Notes: a model not told the origin generated them from the letters alone. Positions 36,331 through 46,691 are shown, counted from the stretch's first letter. The stretch is DNA of 58,250 nucleotides from an uncultured Fibrobacterales bacterium (GCA_963934255.1 CAWVXU010000007.1:1-58250); one strand, 5' to 3'. A program made the numbers and translations.

Positions 36331-38847
36331 ATGATGCAATCAAGTTCTGATTTTTATAAAATTTTACCGATAAAACGACCAATTGTTTTAGGTGCCTTTC
36401 TCACGCTTTTATTGCTTATCATGGTCTATATTGGCTTTGAATCAGTCCCTAACTCTACAGCAAAATTTATTGATCGTAGCTATGGATTTTATATTCAACT
36501 TATTGTCGCTCTAATTACACTCATTGGTTTCTCCTTCAACCTGAAAGAATTATGGCAAGGCTTTAAGGATAACAAGCCTCAAAATTCATCTTGGTTTGCA
36601 TTGACAATTATTCTTTTATTTGTCGGTATATTTACAAGCCAAGAAGTGCAGTTGCAACATCGAGTACTTTCGGACGAATCAAGTTGGGAATCCATGGGTA
36701 TTCAAATGCACTATAATCAACGTGCAGGTGTCTGTAATCAAGGAATATTCGAAGATGGGATTCTTAACTGTTTTGAAGAAGTAAATAATTTTAAAGGTAA
36801 AACCACCGCTTTGCTTTATTGGGTCATGTTTAAATTTGCGGACCCTAATCGAGACACCGCATTGCAATTAAACTTACCGTTATTTCTCTTGTCTATCGTT
36901 TTCATATTTTATGGCAGTTTCCTTATATTCCAAAACCCGTGGATATCCCTCAGTGCCGCAACATTCCTCGGTACCATGCCTAAAATGATTTTCCAATCAA
37001 GGACGGCGACAACAGAAATAGCCTATGTTTTCTTTTTTACTCTCTTACTATGTGTTATTCCACTACTAAGGAAAAATGGATCTAAGTGGTCTCACCTCTT
37101 ATTTGTAATTCCTCTATTGGGTTTACTAGCAGGAACAAGACAAGAGACTTTATTTTCATTCACTCCGATAGTATTGTACTATTACCCTCTTTGGAAAAAA
37201 CATGCATGGGGACTTCCACTTATAACATCAGCGCTTATATTCATCTGTGCTCCAATCATTATAACCATAGCCGCATATAAAGGATTTAACTTCCAAGGTG
37301 GTGAGTATGAGGCACATAGCTTTTATAATCTCTATCGAAATTTTTGGGACAACATACAAGTCATGCTTAACTTGAAGCCTGGTCCTCGTGGATTGCTTTA
37401 TTATCCTTTTAGTACAACTCAAACCATCATAGTTTATTCTGGAACCATCTTTTTATTGATTCAAATGATATGGACCAAAAGGTATTGGAAACAGTTTATA
37501 CTTGTTGCCTTTTTTATGCTGCAACCACTCGTAGTCATGCTCAATGTTTCTGGTAATTTCACTATTGACATTAATCAACGATACGTCCTTATCATACTCC
37601 CTATCTTTTCCTTAATTGCCGGTGTCTTTGTACAAAACCTTGTTGAGCTTTTAATTATTAAATCAAAATTCAAAAAAGTATACTCACTAGCTTCATCCTT
37701 TAGCTTCTTTCTACTTTGCATTATTTGTATTGGTTTAACAACCTACCACAGGCCTAGCTTTAATGAAAACATTCACTACAAGAAAAACAAATTACTTGAA
37801 GAGGAAAAGTTCCTCAACTCTTATTTGAAGTCCCTCCCTAAGGGTTCAATATTCATTTATGCGAGACCTTGGCAGATGATTTCTCAACATTTAAATGGGT
37901 TTTCTGAGTCACGATTCCTCAATTGGAATATTGATGAATTCCAGAAGTGGCAAACTAAAACTGGTGACAACATATATCTCGTAAGAGGTCAGGATGGCTA
38001 TGGTAAAGTCAATAAAAAGTCACGAGTTGTCGGATTTAAAACAACTAAAAAAGTTGAGCAAATTTTGTCGAACTACAAAACTGAAGAAATTATAAGAAAA
38101 ACAAGACCCTTTGGTTATGCTTTAACAGTAAATAAAATTGTTTCAAAATCATCGGGTAGTAAATTTACAAACAACACAACTGTCTCACTTAATTCACAAA
38201 CCATACATTCACCAGAGATCATTGTTGACTTGAAAAAATCTTTCCTAGAACCGATTGAATATAAATTGTTAAACGATCAAAATGAAATCCTTCATCAACA
38301 AGTCATCACATCTAACCAAGTAGAAATAAAAATATCCCTCACTTCTCAAAAAGGGATTCACCGCTATAAACATCAATTAAATTACCCGGATAAAGTTCAA
38401 GAAGAGCGCAAATTTTCAATTTATCAAGCTGACCTTTCCACCATTTTATTAACAAGCCTTAAACCTTCTCAATTGGTTTCAGGATGGGGTAATTCACAAA
38501 TCAACAAAACTGTGGAACAAAATTCACTTAAAGTGAAATCAGAAGTATTCCCCTGGGGCATTGGAACCCATACTGATTCAAAATCTTCTTTTGCATTAAA
38601 TGGTCAGTATTCATATCTCAATACATCTTTTGGAATGGACGATGAAAGCATGTGTGGTGATGGCGCAATATTTAAAATATATGGTGACTCCAAACTTCTC
38701 TATGAATCATCTGCAGTCTATGCTGAAGAAATTCACACAAAACGAATTAATGTTCAAAATATTCATAACCTTGAGTTACAAACACTTCAAGGTGAAACAG
38801 ATCTATGTGACCACACGAACTGGCTTAACCCTTGGCTTGAAAAGTGA
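36331..38847 (+). CDS. Polytopic GT-C (ArnT/PMT-like) membrane protein fused to a C-terminal NPCBM/NEW2 carbohydrate-binding domain
   Basis: About 12 TMs; acidic SDE motif in the first large loop; C-terminal GWG...GIGTH...GMDDE...FKIYGD...CDHTNW. Confidence 0.75.
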   Translation: MMQSSSDFYKILPIKRPIVLGAFLTLLLLIMVYIGFESVPNSTAKFIDRSYGFYIQLIVALITLIGFSFNLKELWQGFKDNKPQNSSWFALTIILLFVGIFTSQEVQLQHRVLSDESSWESMGIQMHYNQRAGVCNQGIFEDGILNCFEEVNNFKGKTTALLYWVMFKFADPNRDTALQLNLPLFLLSIVFIFYGSFLIFQNPWISLSAATFLGTMPKMIFQSRTATTEIAYVFFFTLLLCVIPLLRKNGSKWSHLLFVIPLLGLLAGTRQETLFSFTPIVLYYYPLWKKHAWGLPLITSALIFICAPIIITIAAYKGFNFQGGEYEAHSFYNLYRNFWDNIQVMLNLKPGPRGLLYYPFSTTQTIIVYSGTIFLLIQMIWTKRYWKQFILVAFFMLQPLVVMLNVSGNFTIDINQRYVLIILPIFSLIAGVFVQNLVELLIIKSKFKKVYSLASSFSFFLLCIICIGLTTYHRPSFNENIHYKKNKLLEEEKFLNSYLKSLPKGSIFIYARPWQMISQHLNGFSESRFLNWNIDEFQKWQTKTGDNIYLVRGQDGYGKVNKKSRVVGFKTTKKVEQILSNYKTEEIIRKTRPFGYALTVNKIVSKSSGSKFTNNTTVSLNSQTIHSPEIIVDLKKSFLEPIEYKLLNDQNEILHQQVITSNQVEIKISLTSQKGIHRYKHQLNYPDKVQEERKFSIYQADLSTILLTSLKPSQLVSGWGNSQINKTVEQNSLKVKSEVFPWGIGTHTDSKSSFALNGQYSYLNTSFGMDDESMCGDGAIFKIYGDSKLLYESSAVYAEEIHTKRINVQNIHNLELQTLQGETDLCDHTNWLNPWLEK

Positions 38848-39935
38848 AAATTCTAATATCACCACTAGACTGGGGATTAGGTCATGCCACACGCTGTATC
38901 CCCCTCATTAATGCTGCCATCAATGAGGGGCATGAAGTTTTAATTGCATGTGAAGATCGTCCAAGAAAACTCTTAGAACTTGAATTCCCATCAATAGAAT
39001 CAATCAATCTCACTGGTATTCAAATTAAGTACCCCAAAAAGGTACCCATGTTTTTGGCAATGGCTATTCAATTTCCGAGAATAATTCTAGGGATTATTCG
39101 TGAAAAAAAACTAATTCAGACAATCGTAGAAAAGCACTCAATAGATGTGGTAATGAGTGATAACCGTTTTGGTGTTTATTCTTCGGCTGCATACAATATA
39201 TACATGAGTCATCAGCTTACTATTGCAGCCCCCAAATTATTCAAATTCTTAGAGCCCATAGGTTACTTTATTCATTCTCTGGTTTATAAAAAATACGACT
39301 GCTTAGTCGTACCCGATTATAGTCATGATTCACACCAACACTTAGCTGGTCGGCTTTCTGTTCATAAAAAAAACAAAGCTATTTATTTAGGCTACCTTTC
39401 AAGGTTTGAAAATCAATCTGGTGAAAATTCAGATACTAACCAAAAATTTGACACCGATATTTTTATCAGTCTCTCAGGTCCAGAACCTAGTCGGACACAA
39501 TTAGAGGATAAACTTCTTTCGATACTAAAAGACACAACCTATAAAGTTGTAATTACTCAAGGCCTGCCGGATATACAGAATATTAATTCTAAGTTCAACT
39601 CGACTCAATTTACAGTATTTAGCCATTTACAGACTCAGGATTATTTTTCTGAAATTTCCAAAGCAAAGCTTGTAATTGCTCGTTCTGGTTATTCAAGTAT
39701 TATGGATTTTTTATGTCTTCAAAAAAACGCACTATTAGTGCCAACTCCAGGTCAAACTGAACAAGAGTATTTGGCTGAAGATTTAAAAGAAAAAAAACTT
39801 TTTCATAGTTCAAATCAATTCGATTTAAATATTGAAACAATCATCAATGCATTAGATAATAAGATTATTCTTGAAAATAGCAATTATAAAGTCTCTCTTG
39901 AAACTTTTTGGAAAGATATTGAATGCAAGATTTAA
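38844..39935 (+). CDS. GT28/MurG-like GT-B glycosyltransferase
   Basis: DWGLGHATRC, SDNRFG, SGPEP, ARSGYSSIMD and PTPGQTEQEYLA motifs. Confidence 0.85.
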   Translation: MKILISPLDWGLGHATRCIPLINAAINEGHEVLIACEDRPRKLLELEFPSIESINLTGIQIKYPKKVPMFLAMAIQFPRIILGIIREKKLIQTIVEKHSIDVVMSDNRFGVYSSAAYNIYMSHQLTIAAPKLFKFLEPIGYFIHSLVYKKYDCLVVPDYSHDSHQHLAGRLSVHKKNKAIYLGYLSRFENQSGENSDTNQKFDTDIFISLSGPEPSRTQLEDKLLSILKDTTYKVVITQGLPDIQNINSKFNSTQFTVFSHLQTQDYFSEISKAKLVIARSGYSSIMDFLCLQKNALLVPTPGQTEQEYLAEDLKEKKLFHSSNQFDLNIETIINALDNKIILENSNYKVSLETFWKDIECKI

Positions 39936-40756
39936 ATGAATTTGAATGGATCCCGAAAAGCATTGGCATTTTTCATTCAAAGATGAAAAACCGGTATGAT
40001 GCCCCAAGGCAAGCATCTCTTGAGGATCATAAAGGAATTATTTCATTAAATCCAAAAATGAACTTTGAACAAGCATTAGATGATTTAGACGGGATCGAGA
40101 GAATTTGGATAATATACTTATTTCATTTAAATCAAAAAAATTGGAAACCTAAAGTCAATCCGCCTCGAAATCCTGATGGCATTAAAAGAGGCGTCTTTGC
40201 CACTCGAGCTCCATATAGGCCCAACCCTATTGGCATGAGCTGCGTCAAAGTGAGTCAAATAAAAGGTCTCAAAATTTGGGTCAATGAATGTGATCTTTTG
40301 GATAATACTCCCATATTAGATATCAAACCCTACCTTCCATACGCAGATAGCTTCCCTGAAGCAAAAATTGGGTGGCTTGAAGACATGGATCGCCATGCTT
40401 TTCAGATTGATTGGAAGGCAGTCGCGTTAACTGAAGCCTTATGGTTAGAAAACCAAGGTCTTATGAGTTTAGAGGCATATGTACGTAAGCAGCTAGAATA
40501 TCAGCCATTGAGCACTAGACATAAGAGAATTCGTCGACTTGATAACGACAATTGTTATTCCTTAGGCTATAGAACTTGGCGAATTACATTTGAATTAGAT
40601 GAAGAATCAAAAACAATTTTAATAACCAATATTTATTCTGCATATACCTCCAATGAGCTGATTCAAAGTGAAGACAAGTATAACGACAAAAAGCTTCATG
40701 TTAAATTTAATCAGACCTTTTCAAAAATTGATAATATTATTGAATTGAGATTGTAA
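39923..40756 (+). CDS. trmO: tRNA (N6-threonylcarbamoyl-A37)-N6 methyltransferase TrmO/TsaA
   Basis: PRQ, GVFATRAPYRPNPIGMS and DLLDNTPILDIKPYLPYAD motifs. Confidence 0.92.
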   Translation: MQDLNEFEWIPKSIGIFHSKMKNRYDAPRQASLEDHKGIISLNPKMNFEQALDDLDGIERIWIIYLFHLNQKNWKPKVNPPRNPDGIKRGVFATRAPYRPNPIGMSCVKVSQIKGLKIWVNECDLLDNTPILDIKPYLPYADSFPEAKIGWLEDMDRHAFQIDWKAVALTEALWLENQGLMSLEAYVRKQLEYQPLSTRHKRIRRLDNDNCYSLGYRTWRITFELDEESKTILITNIYSAYTSNELIQSEDKYNDKKLHVKFNQTFSKIDNIIELRL

Positions 40757-41173
40757 ATGGAACGATTTAAAAAACTGTTAGAACCTGATTCTAGGTTTTT
40801 TATGCAATTGATTCGCTATTTCATCGTAGGCGGATTAGCAACTCTAATAGATATTACGATTTTTACGATTTTGTATAAGGTATTTGCATTCCATTACTTT
40901 TGGGTAGCCCAACCAGCCGGTTTTATCGCAGGCCTTGCCATTAATTACCTACTGAGTATCTATGTTGTATTTACAAATCGTAATTTAGCCAATAGAAACC
41001 ATGAACGCCTTATCTTCTTTTCCACTGCATTCATAGGTTTTCTATTAAATTCTCTTCTTCTCTATTGGTTTGTGGAGAATACTAGCTTAAATGAGTTTGT
41101 CTCAAAAATATTGGCTGTTTTGATTACCTTTAGTTGGAATTTTCTATCTAAAAAACTAATTCTTTTCAAGTGA
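40757..41173 (+). CDS. GtrA-family flippase-like protein
   Basis: 4 TMs; RYFIVGGLATLID, NYLLS...VF and WNFLSKKLILF motifs. Confidence 0.88.
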   Translation: MERFKKLLEPDSRFFMQLIRYFIVGGLATLIDITIFTILYKVFAFHYFWVAQPAGFIAGLAINYLLSIYVVFTNRNLANRNHERLIFFSTAFIGFLLNSLLLYWFVENTSLNEFVSKILAVLITFSWNFLSKKLILFK

Positions 41174-41180
41174 GTCCCCC

Positions 41181-41801
41181 ATGTTACAAGTCGCCTTAGT
41201 GCTTCAACCAGAAGTCAATGAAACTTCAAAATTTGAAGATTTGACTCCCAGTATATTTTCTATTGCTCGTATTGATTCACAAGTCGGTCTCAGCCAAATT
41301 GCCAACGACCTTGGTTTATCACGAACAGTTCACAACAATGCTCAAGAAATTTTAGTTGTGAATATTTCTCATGAAATATGCTCACAAAACGACTTTGATT
41401 CCTTGATAACAATGTTAAAGGGGAATGAGAAAGACATTGATTTTATCATACTTCAACAAAGTGGTCAAGCCTTTGAAATATCAGATTTTATTGAAGAATT
41501 CCAGATAGGTAAAGAAGAATGGCAACGTTTATTCATCAACTTGGTTGAAAAAGATAACCGCATTTTTAGTATAGGCATGGAAGCCTGGGGACTTGCAGAC
41601 CTTTGTATTAGTTCAAATGCATCTCATGCTTCAAACAAGCTTGAAGAACTTTGTATGTATCATATTGGATCACCAATCAAGTCTTTAGAGAAAGTCGCTT
41701 TTGGTGAAGAGATATATAAAGTATCTCAAGAAAGCCAATCGCTGCACCCTGAAGGAATGGAAAACCCTTTTGGTATTTATCGATTAATTAAACAGGTGTA
41801 G
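41181..41801 (+). CDS. Hypothetical protein, possibly DUF4261-like
   Basis: SIGMEAWGLAD and C-terminal NPFGIYRL resemble DUF4261 as I recall it. Confidence 0.45.
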   Translation: MLQVALVLQPEVNETSKFEDLTPSIFSIARIDSQVGLSQIANDLGLSRTVHNNAQEILVVNISHEICSQNDFDSLITMLKGNEKDIDFIILQQSGQAFEISDFIEEFQIGKEEWQRLFINLVEKDNRIFSIGMEAWGLADLCISSNASHASNKLEELCMYHIGSPIKSLEKVAFGEEIYKVSQESQSLHPEGMENPFGIYRLIKQV

Positions 41802-41862
41802 TAAGTTCGATTGATTAAGAATTTAAATATGAAGTGTACGACTGAACATTTGAAAAATGGAC

Positions 41863-41896
41863 AAAAAAATGGCAACTAAAAAGTTGCCATTTTTTT
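41863..41896. terminator. Bidirectional Rho-independent terminator
   Basis: A7-TGGCAACT / AGTTGCCA-T7 between convergent genes. Confidence 0.9.
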
Positions 41897-41913
41897 AATA
41901 ACTTAAAATAAGA

Positions 41914-42318
41914 CTAGTTATCAAGCATCCCACTGATATCAATTGATTTAAATTTATTGCCATTAAACTCGACCTTAAAGCTATAGCTCGTCCAGCCAAC
42001 TTTCCAAATATTTTTATCTTGAGGGTCACGAGCTTCAGTCAAAGCAGCTTTATCTGTATTTGACTTAACAAAAGTTTTGATTTGACGAATAATATCTTTT
42101 TTGTTTTTGCTTTTGGATGAATGTATTTCATTTACTAGTTGGAAAAGTAAGGTGTTGTAAGAATGTACCTTGTTAGCATTAGAAACTATTTCATTTGCTT
42201 TTTCCATTTTTTCTTTTACAAAATTTTGCGCTTGTTCATGTGCATCTGCTTTCACAAAAAAGATGGCAGCAAAAAGCATGATATTCATCAATATCGATAA
42301 AATTAAACCTTTATTCAT
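41914..42318 (-). CDS. Hypothetical exported or membrane-anchored protein
   Basis: GAGGA RBS, N-terminal hydrophobic helix and short coiled coil. Confidence 0.65.
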   Translation of the reverse strand: MNKGLILSILMNIMLFAAIFFVKADAHEQAQNFVKEKMEKANEIVSNANKVHSYNTLLFQLVNEIHSSKSKNKKDIIRQIKTFVKSNTDKAALTEARDPQDKNIWKVGWTSYSFKVEFNGNKFKSIDISGMLDN

Positions 42319-42397
42319 TTGTTCCTCGATTCAGAAATTGTATTTTGGTTAATATATATTAAAATTTGAACTTCTTAAGTTCTTCTCTAAACTTGCG

Positions 42398-42736
42398 TTA
42401 TTGAAATTCTAGCAACTCTTCACAGCCATCTTCAATAACTTCAAAAACATCTAATAGATTGGTCGTTTCTAAAAGATCTCGTACCATATCAGGGACATTG
42501 GCTAGAAGTAACTCAGCTTCAGCGTTAGCCGCAGATGTATATGCTGCAACGAGTTCACCAATACCAGTTGAATCAATATGGACCAAATTTTGCATATCAA
42601 TAATGACACGATCCACTTGATCATCAAATAAATCCTTCGCAACACCACGTATTGAATCACTTAATTTTGTAGCAGTTAATTTTCCAGAAACTTTGAGCAA
42701 GGCATGCTTGTCGTTTCTATTGACACTTAATTCCAT
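42398..42736 (-). CDS. STAS-domain anti-sigma factor antagonist
   Basis: HIDSTGIGELV with the phosphorylatable Ser; LLETTNLLDVF. Confidence 0.9.
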   Translation of the reverse strand: MELSVNRNDKHALLKVSGKLTATKLSDSIRGVAKDLFDDQVDRVIIDMQNLVHIDSTGIGELVAAYTSAANAEAELLLANVPDMVRDLLETTNLLDVFEVIEDGCEELLEFQ

Positions 42737-42805
42737 TATGTATCCTGATTAAAATCGCTTGATAGTGGTAGTATATCATTATATTTATAGAAAAAAAAGA
42801 ATATC

Positions 42806-43300
42806 ATGTATAAATACCAATACTTTACACAAAATTTAGGCATTATTCTAAAAAAAGCGAGGATGATGGAGAGATATATTTTAGGATTTCAAATTCGTAA
42901 AATTTTCCCCTTTCACCTCATTCTTGGCTCCCCTGATTTTGACAAATATGAAGAAATATTGAATCAAGCTAAAATAGAACTTGCTCAGCAGCGCCAATTT
43001 ATTTTGAATCAACTAAAAGACTGTCCTTTAAAGGCTTTAGAGGACTACTATCACTCTTCATTCATATCCATTGAATTACTAAACAAAGAACTTACAGCCT
43101 TGGTTCAGTGCAATTCGCTGCAAAGGGAGCGCTTTTTTGACTCATCAAGTGTGAAAATTGGTGAAATTAATGATTCTATTAAAAATCTCCGTTCATACCA
43201 ACTCAAATATCAAGACCATCTTCCAAAAATAAGCCCCTTATGGAATGAAGTTCAAAATTCAAATTCAGTTGAATTACCGCCAAATGAAAAATCTGAATAA
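42806..43300 (+). CDS. Hypothetical helical protein (start may be ATG ~42863-42866)
   Basis: Fills the intergenic gap; GAGG precedes the internal ATGs; no motif recognised. Confidence 0.5.
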   Translation: MYKYQYFTQNLGIILKKARMMERYILGFQIRKIFPFHLILGSPDFDKYEEILNQAKIELAQQRQFILNQLKDCPLKALEDYYHSSFISIELLNKELTALVQCNSLQRERFFDSSSVKIGEINDSIKNLRSYQLKYQDHLPKISPLWNEVQNSNSVELPPNEKSE

Positions 43301-43349
43301 CCGAAATCAAGTTAATCAACTCTAGTCGCTTTAATTAGTATCTATTCGT

Positions 43350-43378
43350 TTGAAACTAGACTGATTATTCAGTATATT
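43350..43378 (+). promoter_or_regulatory. Sigma70-type promoter of the peroxiredoxin gene
   Basis: TTGAAA, 17-nt spacer, TATATT. Confidence 0.65.
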
Positions 43379-43417
43379 GAACTCAATAACTTATAAACCC
43401 TACAAAAAGGAATCAAC

Positions 43418-43999
43418 ATGGCAGTTCTTGTTGGAAAATCAGCACCAGATTTCTCTGAAAAAGCCGTTAAAGGCGCAGAGATTATTGAAAATTTCACTCT
43501 TTCACAATTTAAAGGCAAATACGTAGTATTGTTCTTTTATCCTCTAGATTTTACTTTTGTATGTCCTACTGAGCTTCATGCTTTTAATGAGAAAGTAGCT
43601 GAATTTGCAGCGTTAAACACTGAAGTTGTTGCTGTTTCTACTGATTCTTGGTTCTCACATGCGGCTTGGTTAAATACTCCTAGGAAACAGGGCGGTATTG
43701 CAGGCGTTACATACCCAATCGTATCTGATTTTAACAAAACAATCTCAGCTGATTATGATGTTCTACTTGCTGGTGGAATGGCGCTACGTGGCCTTTTCTT
43801 AATTGACAAAGACGGCGTTGTTCAACATCAAGTTGTAAACAATCTTCCACTTGGTCGTAACGTTGACGAAGCTGTACGCATGGTCAAAGCTTTACAACAC
43901 ACCGAACAAAATGGCGAAGTATGTCCTGCAAATTGGAATGAAGGCGCTGAAGCAATGACTGCTTCTGGTGAAGGTCTCAAAAAATATTTCGACAAATAG
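43418..43999 (+). CDS. ahpC: Typical 2-Cys peroxiredoxin
   Basis: FYPLDFTFVCPTE and GEVCPANW motifs. Confidence 0.95.
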   Translation: MAVLVGKSAPDFSEKAVKGAEIIENFTLSQFKGKYVVLFFYPLDFTFVCPTELHAFNEKVAEFAALNTEVVAVSTDSWFSHAAWLNTPRKQGGIAGVTYPIVSDFNKTISADYDVLLAGGMALRGLFLIDKDGVVQHQVVNNLPLGRNVDEAVRMVKALQHTEQNGEVCPANWNEGAEAMTASGEGLKKYFDK

Positions 44000-44015
44000 T
44001 TTTTTTATTTGAAAT

Positions 44016-44049
44016 AAAAAAGAGCCACTCCTTTAAGGGTGGCTCTTTT
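44016..44049 (+). terminator. Rho-independent terminator after ahpC
   Basis: AAAAGAGCCAC...GTGGCTCTTTT stem. Confidence 0.85.
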
Positions 44050-44127
44050 CGTTTTAACGGTCATTTCGTGCAGTTATCAATTCAATAAACCATAAGCGAA
44101 TTAACTTAGCATTTGTAATAATGGAAC

Positions 44128-44153
44128 AAAAAAGGCTGTCAACGACAGCCTTT
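44128..44153 (-). terminator. Rho-independent terminator after trxA
   Basis: AAAGGCTGTC-AAC-GACAGCCTTT with upstream A-run. Confidence 0.8.
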
Positions 44154-44203
44154 AAAGATCCTCAAGAAAACAGTTTCAGTTATAAAACTAAGTCTATTTT
44201 AGA

Positions 44204-44524
44204 TTAAATATGTTTTTCAACAGCAGCTTGTAAAGTTGCCTTTGGTGCGGCACCGATGATATTATCTACCTCAACACCATTTTTGAAAACTTTTAAGTTT
44301 GGAATAGATGAAATACCAAAACGTTGAGCTAGGGCTTGGTTATCTTCAACATTGACTTTAGCGATAGTTACTTTATCACCAAGCTCTGCTGCAAGTTGAT
44401 CCAAGACAGGAGCAATCATACGACAAGGTCCACACCATTCAGCCCAAAAATCAACCAAAACCGGTTTGTCACTTTGAATTGCTGCATCAAATTCAGCTTC
44501 GTTCAGTTTTATTACTTCTGACAT
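44204..44524 (-). CDS. trxA: Thioredoxin
   Basis: DFWAEWCGPC motif; 106 aa. Confidence 0.97.
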   Translation of the reverse strand: MSEVIKLNEAEFDAAIQSDKPVLVDFWAEWCGPCRMIAPVLDQLAAELGDKVTIAKVNVEDNQALAQRFGISSIPNLKVFKNGVEVDNIIGAAPKATLQAAVEKHI

Positions 44525-44576
44525 GTCAATATTCCTTTTTTTATTTATTTTAGGATAAATCTAACAAATAAGAGTC

Positions 44577-45893
44577 ATGACAAAAAAGAAAAAGAAAAAA
44601 TCTTCCCTTAAATGGGTTCTTTTACTGATTAGCGTTCTCGTTTTGGGTGGTGCGTTTATTCTCACTTTTGATAAATTAGTCGACCCAGTCGGTCGATCTC
44701 TCCTCAAAAAGTCATATCCTAAAATTTACAAGGCCCTCCCCAAGTCAGAACTCACCTGGAGTCTTTTAGATGGCATTCACATTAAAAGCTTACGACTCAG
44801 CAAACTTGACCCAAGTATTTCCGTCTTACAAGCCAAAGGCATCTGGCTTGAAATTAACTATTTTAGCTTATTGGAAGACAAAATAACTGTTTCAAAAATC
44901 AAAATTGAAGATCTATACCTCAAGTCCAACGGCAATGCAAAGCAGGCCCTATCTAGGTGGTTAAGTGAAAGTGGTAATTTCCTAGGCAAAGAGCTAAGAT
45001 CTCTTTTACCAAATACGGAACTCAAGGTAATATCACTTCGAATTCAAAATAGAGAATTTACACAGGGACCAGTTATTCACATTGAAAAACTTAAAACTGA
45101 CCTTGAACTAGGAACAAATTCCTCTCTTCTAAAGGGCTACTTCCAATCAATTCGCTTAAATAAAGTCCAAGCGCAAAACGGAGACTTCATTCTTGCATTA
45201 TCAACTCAAGGCGCTGAATTAGAAGTTTCTGACCTGAATTGGAAAAAATCTCAAATTCAAATCACTTCAAAATTAAAGAGTCAACACCAAAATATTCATC
45301 ATGAGACTCAAATTGCATTCAAGGAGCTTCCCTTTCAGCAAGGCGCCTCCTTCATTTTTAGCAAATCTCCTGACTTAGGCGGCGACTTAAATGGTGAATT
45401 AAAAGCCAATGGTCCACTCCTAGATTGGACCCGATGGATCGGAAATGCTAAGGTTAAATGGAGCTCGTTCCAATTAAAAAACTTTGGCTTTCAAAAAAGC
45501 CAACTTATTCAAGAACGTGCACCTTTGTTTTCTGAAATCAATTTTGAAAGTATTAGTTCAGATAGTCTTCAGCTCAAATCAGGTGAAATTCATTGGCAAG
45601 CTTTAGAGGCTAGTTCAGATAAATTTCATTTTAACTCCAAGGGTAAAATCAACGCTAATGGTTGGTTTTTTCTCAGAGGTAAAGTACATTTAAATCAAAC
45701 CAACTATGAAAAGCTACCCCATCTTACTCGAAAAGCATTAACTAAGGTAAAAGACAATTCTTATGTTGTCCCTTTGGTTATGGAAGGTGATTTAGAAAAT
45801 CAAAAAATTATTAACATTGGGAGTATCTTAGGCAATGCTGTTGGCAATCAAATAAAATCAATCGGAGCTGGACTTCGAGGTATATTCCAATAA
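44577..45893 (+). CDS. AsmA-like protein
   Basis: N-terminal TM anchor, repeated amphipathic beta-strands and C-terminal VPLVMEGDL plus amphipathic helix. Confidence 0.6.
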   Translation: MTKKKKKKSSLKWVLLLISVLVLGGAFILTFDKLVDPVGRSLLKKSYPKIYKALPKSELTWSLLDGIHIKSLRLSKLDPSISVLQAKGIWLEINYFSLLEDKITVSKIKIEDLYLKSNGNAKQALSRWLSESGNFLGKELRSLLPNTELKVISLRIQNREFTQGPVIHIEKLKTDLELGTNSSLLKGYFQSIRLNKVQAQNGDFILALSTQGAELEVSDLNWKKSQIQITSKLKSQHQNIHHETQIAFKELPFQQGASFIFSKSPDLGGDLNGELKANGPLLDWTRWIGNAKVKWSSFQLKNFGFQKSQLIQERAPLFSEINFESISSDSLQLKSGEIHWQALEASSDKFHFNSKGKINANGWFFLRGKVHLNQTNYEKLPHLTRKALTKVKDNSYVVPLVMEGDLENQKIINIGSILGNAVGNQIKSIGAGLRGIFQ

Positions 45894-45989
45894 CTCAACG
45901 AAATATCGCTAAAAGCCAACCTCAACTAGTTTGGGACCGGTTTAGAGTGTAATTTCAATTCACGAATCAACTATAATCAAGGAAATTCA

Positions 45990-46580
45990 ATGGCTATAAC
46001 TGTGCCTCCACTACCTTATGCAGATACTGCGCTAGAACCGCATATGACTGCAAATACACTTAGCTTTCATTTTGGTAAACACCATCAAGCTTATGCAACT
46101 AATTTGAATAAATTGATCGCTGGAACTGATCTTGAAGACAATACTCTTTTGGAAATTATTCAACAGTCAGCTATTGATTCAAAACTAGCAGGCGTATTCA
46201 ACAATGCATCTCAAGTTTTTAATCACTCATTCTTTTGGGAATCAATGAAACCACAGGGTGGCGGAGCTCCTCATGGTAAAATTGCAGAACTAATTAATAG
46301 CTCTTTTGGTAGCTATGAAAAATTTGCCGAAGCGTTTACTGCTGCAGCTATGACTCAATTTGGATCTGGATGGGCTTGGCTTGTGCTAGACGGTGACAAA
46401 TTAGTTATCGAGAAAACAGCAAATGCTGATTCTCCTATTGCTCATGGTAGAAAACCTTTAATTACAATTGATGTTTGGGAACACGCTTACTACTTAGACT
46501 TCCAGAATCTTCGTCCAAAGTACATCCAGACTTTCTTAGACTCATTAGTTAATTGGGACTTTGCCAATTCAAATATTTAG
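45990..46580 (+). CDS. sodB: Fe superoxide dismutase
   Basis: HFGKHHQAY, FNNASQVFNH, QFGSGWAW and DVWEHAYY motifs. Confidence 0.93.
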   Translation: MAITVPPLPYADTALEPHMTANTLSFHFGKHHQAYATNLNKLIAGTDLEDNTLLEIIQQSAIDSKLAGVFNNASQVFNHSFFWESMKPQGGGAPHGKIAELINSSFGSYEKFAEAFTAAAMTQFGSGWAWLVLDGDKLVIEKTANADSPIAHGRKPLITIDVWEHAYYLDFQNLRPKYIQTFLDSLVNWDFANSNI

Positions 46581-46631
46581 ATCTAATATCTAAACATTTA
46601 ATTGGGTTACATTATTAATATGCGTTCATAC

Positions 46632-46668
46632 AAAAAAGCCACTTCATATCACTGAGGTGGCTTTTTTT
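46632..46668. terminator. Bidirectional Rho-independent terminator between sodB and murA
   Basis: A6-GCCACTTCA / TGAGGTGGC-T7. Confidence 0.88.
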
Positions 46669-46691
46669 ATCAATAATATTTCAATCAAGAT

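Noticed and set aside
40395..40645. RelE/ParE-like pattern at the TrmO C-terminus (IDWKAVA...YSLGYRTWRITFELDEE) as a fused toxin
   Set aside because: As I recall, the TrmO C-terminal domain is already described as RelE-fold; there is no antitoxin, and the RelE YRLR motif is not retained.
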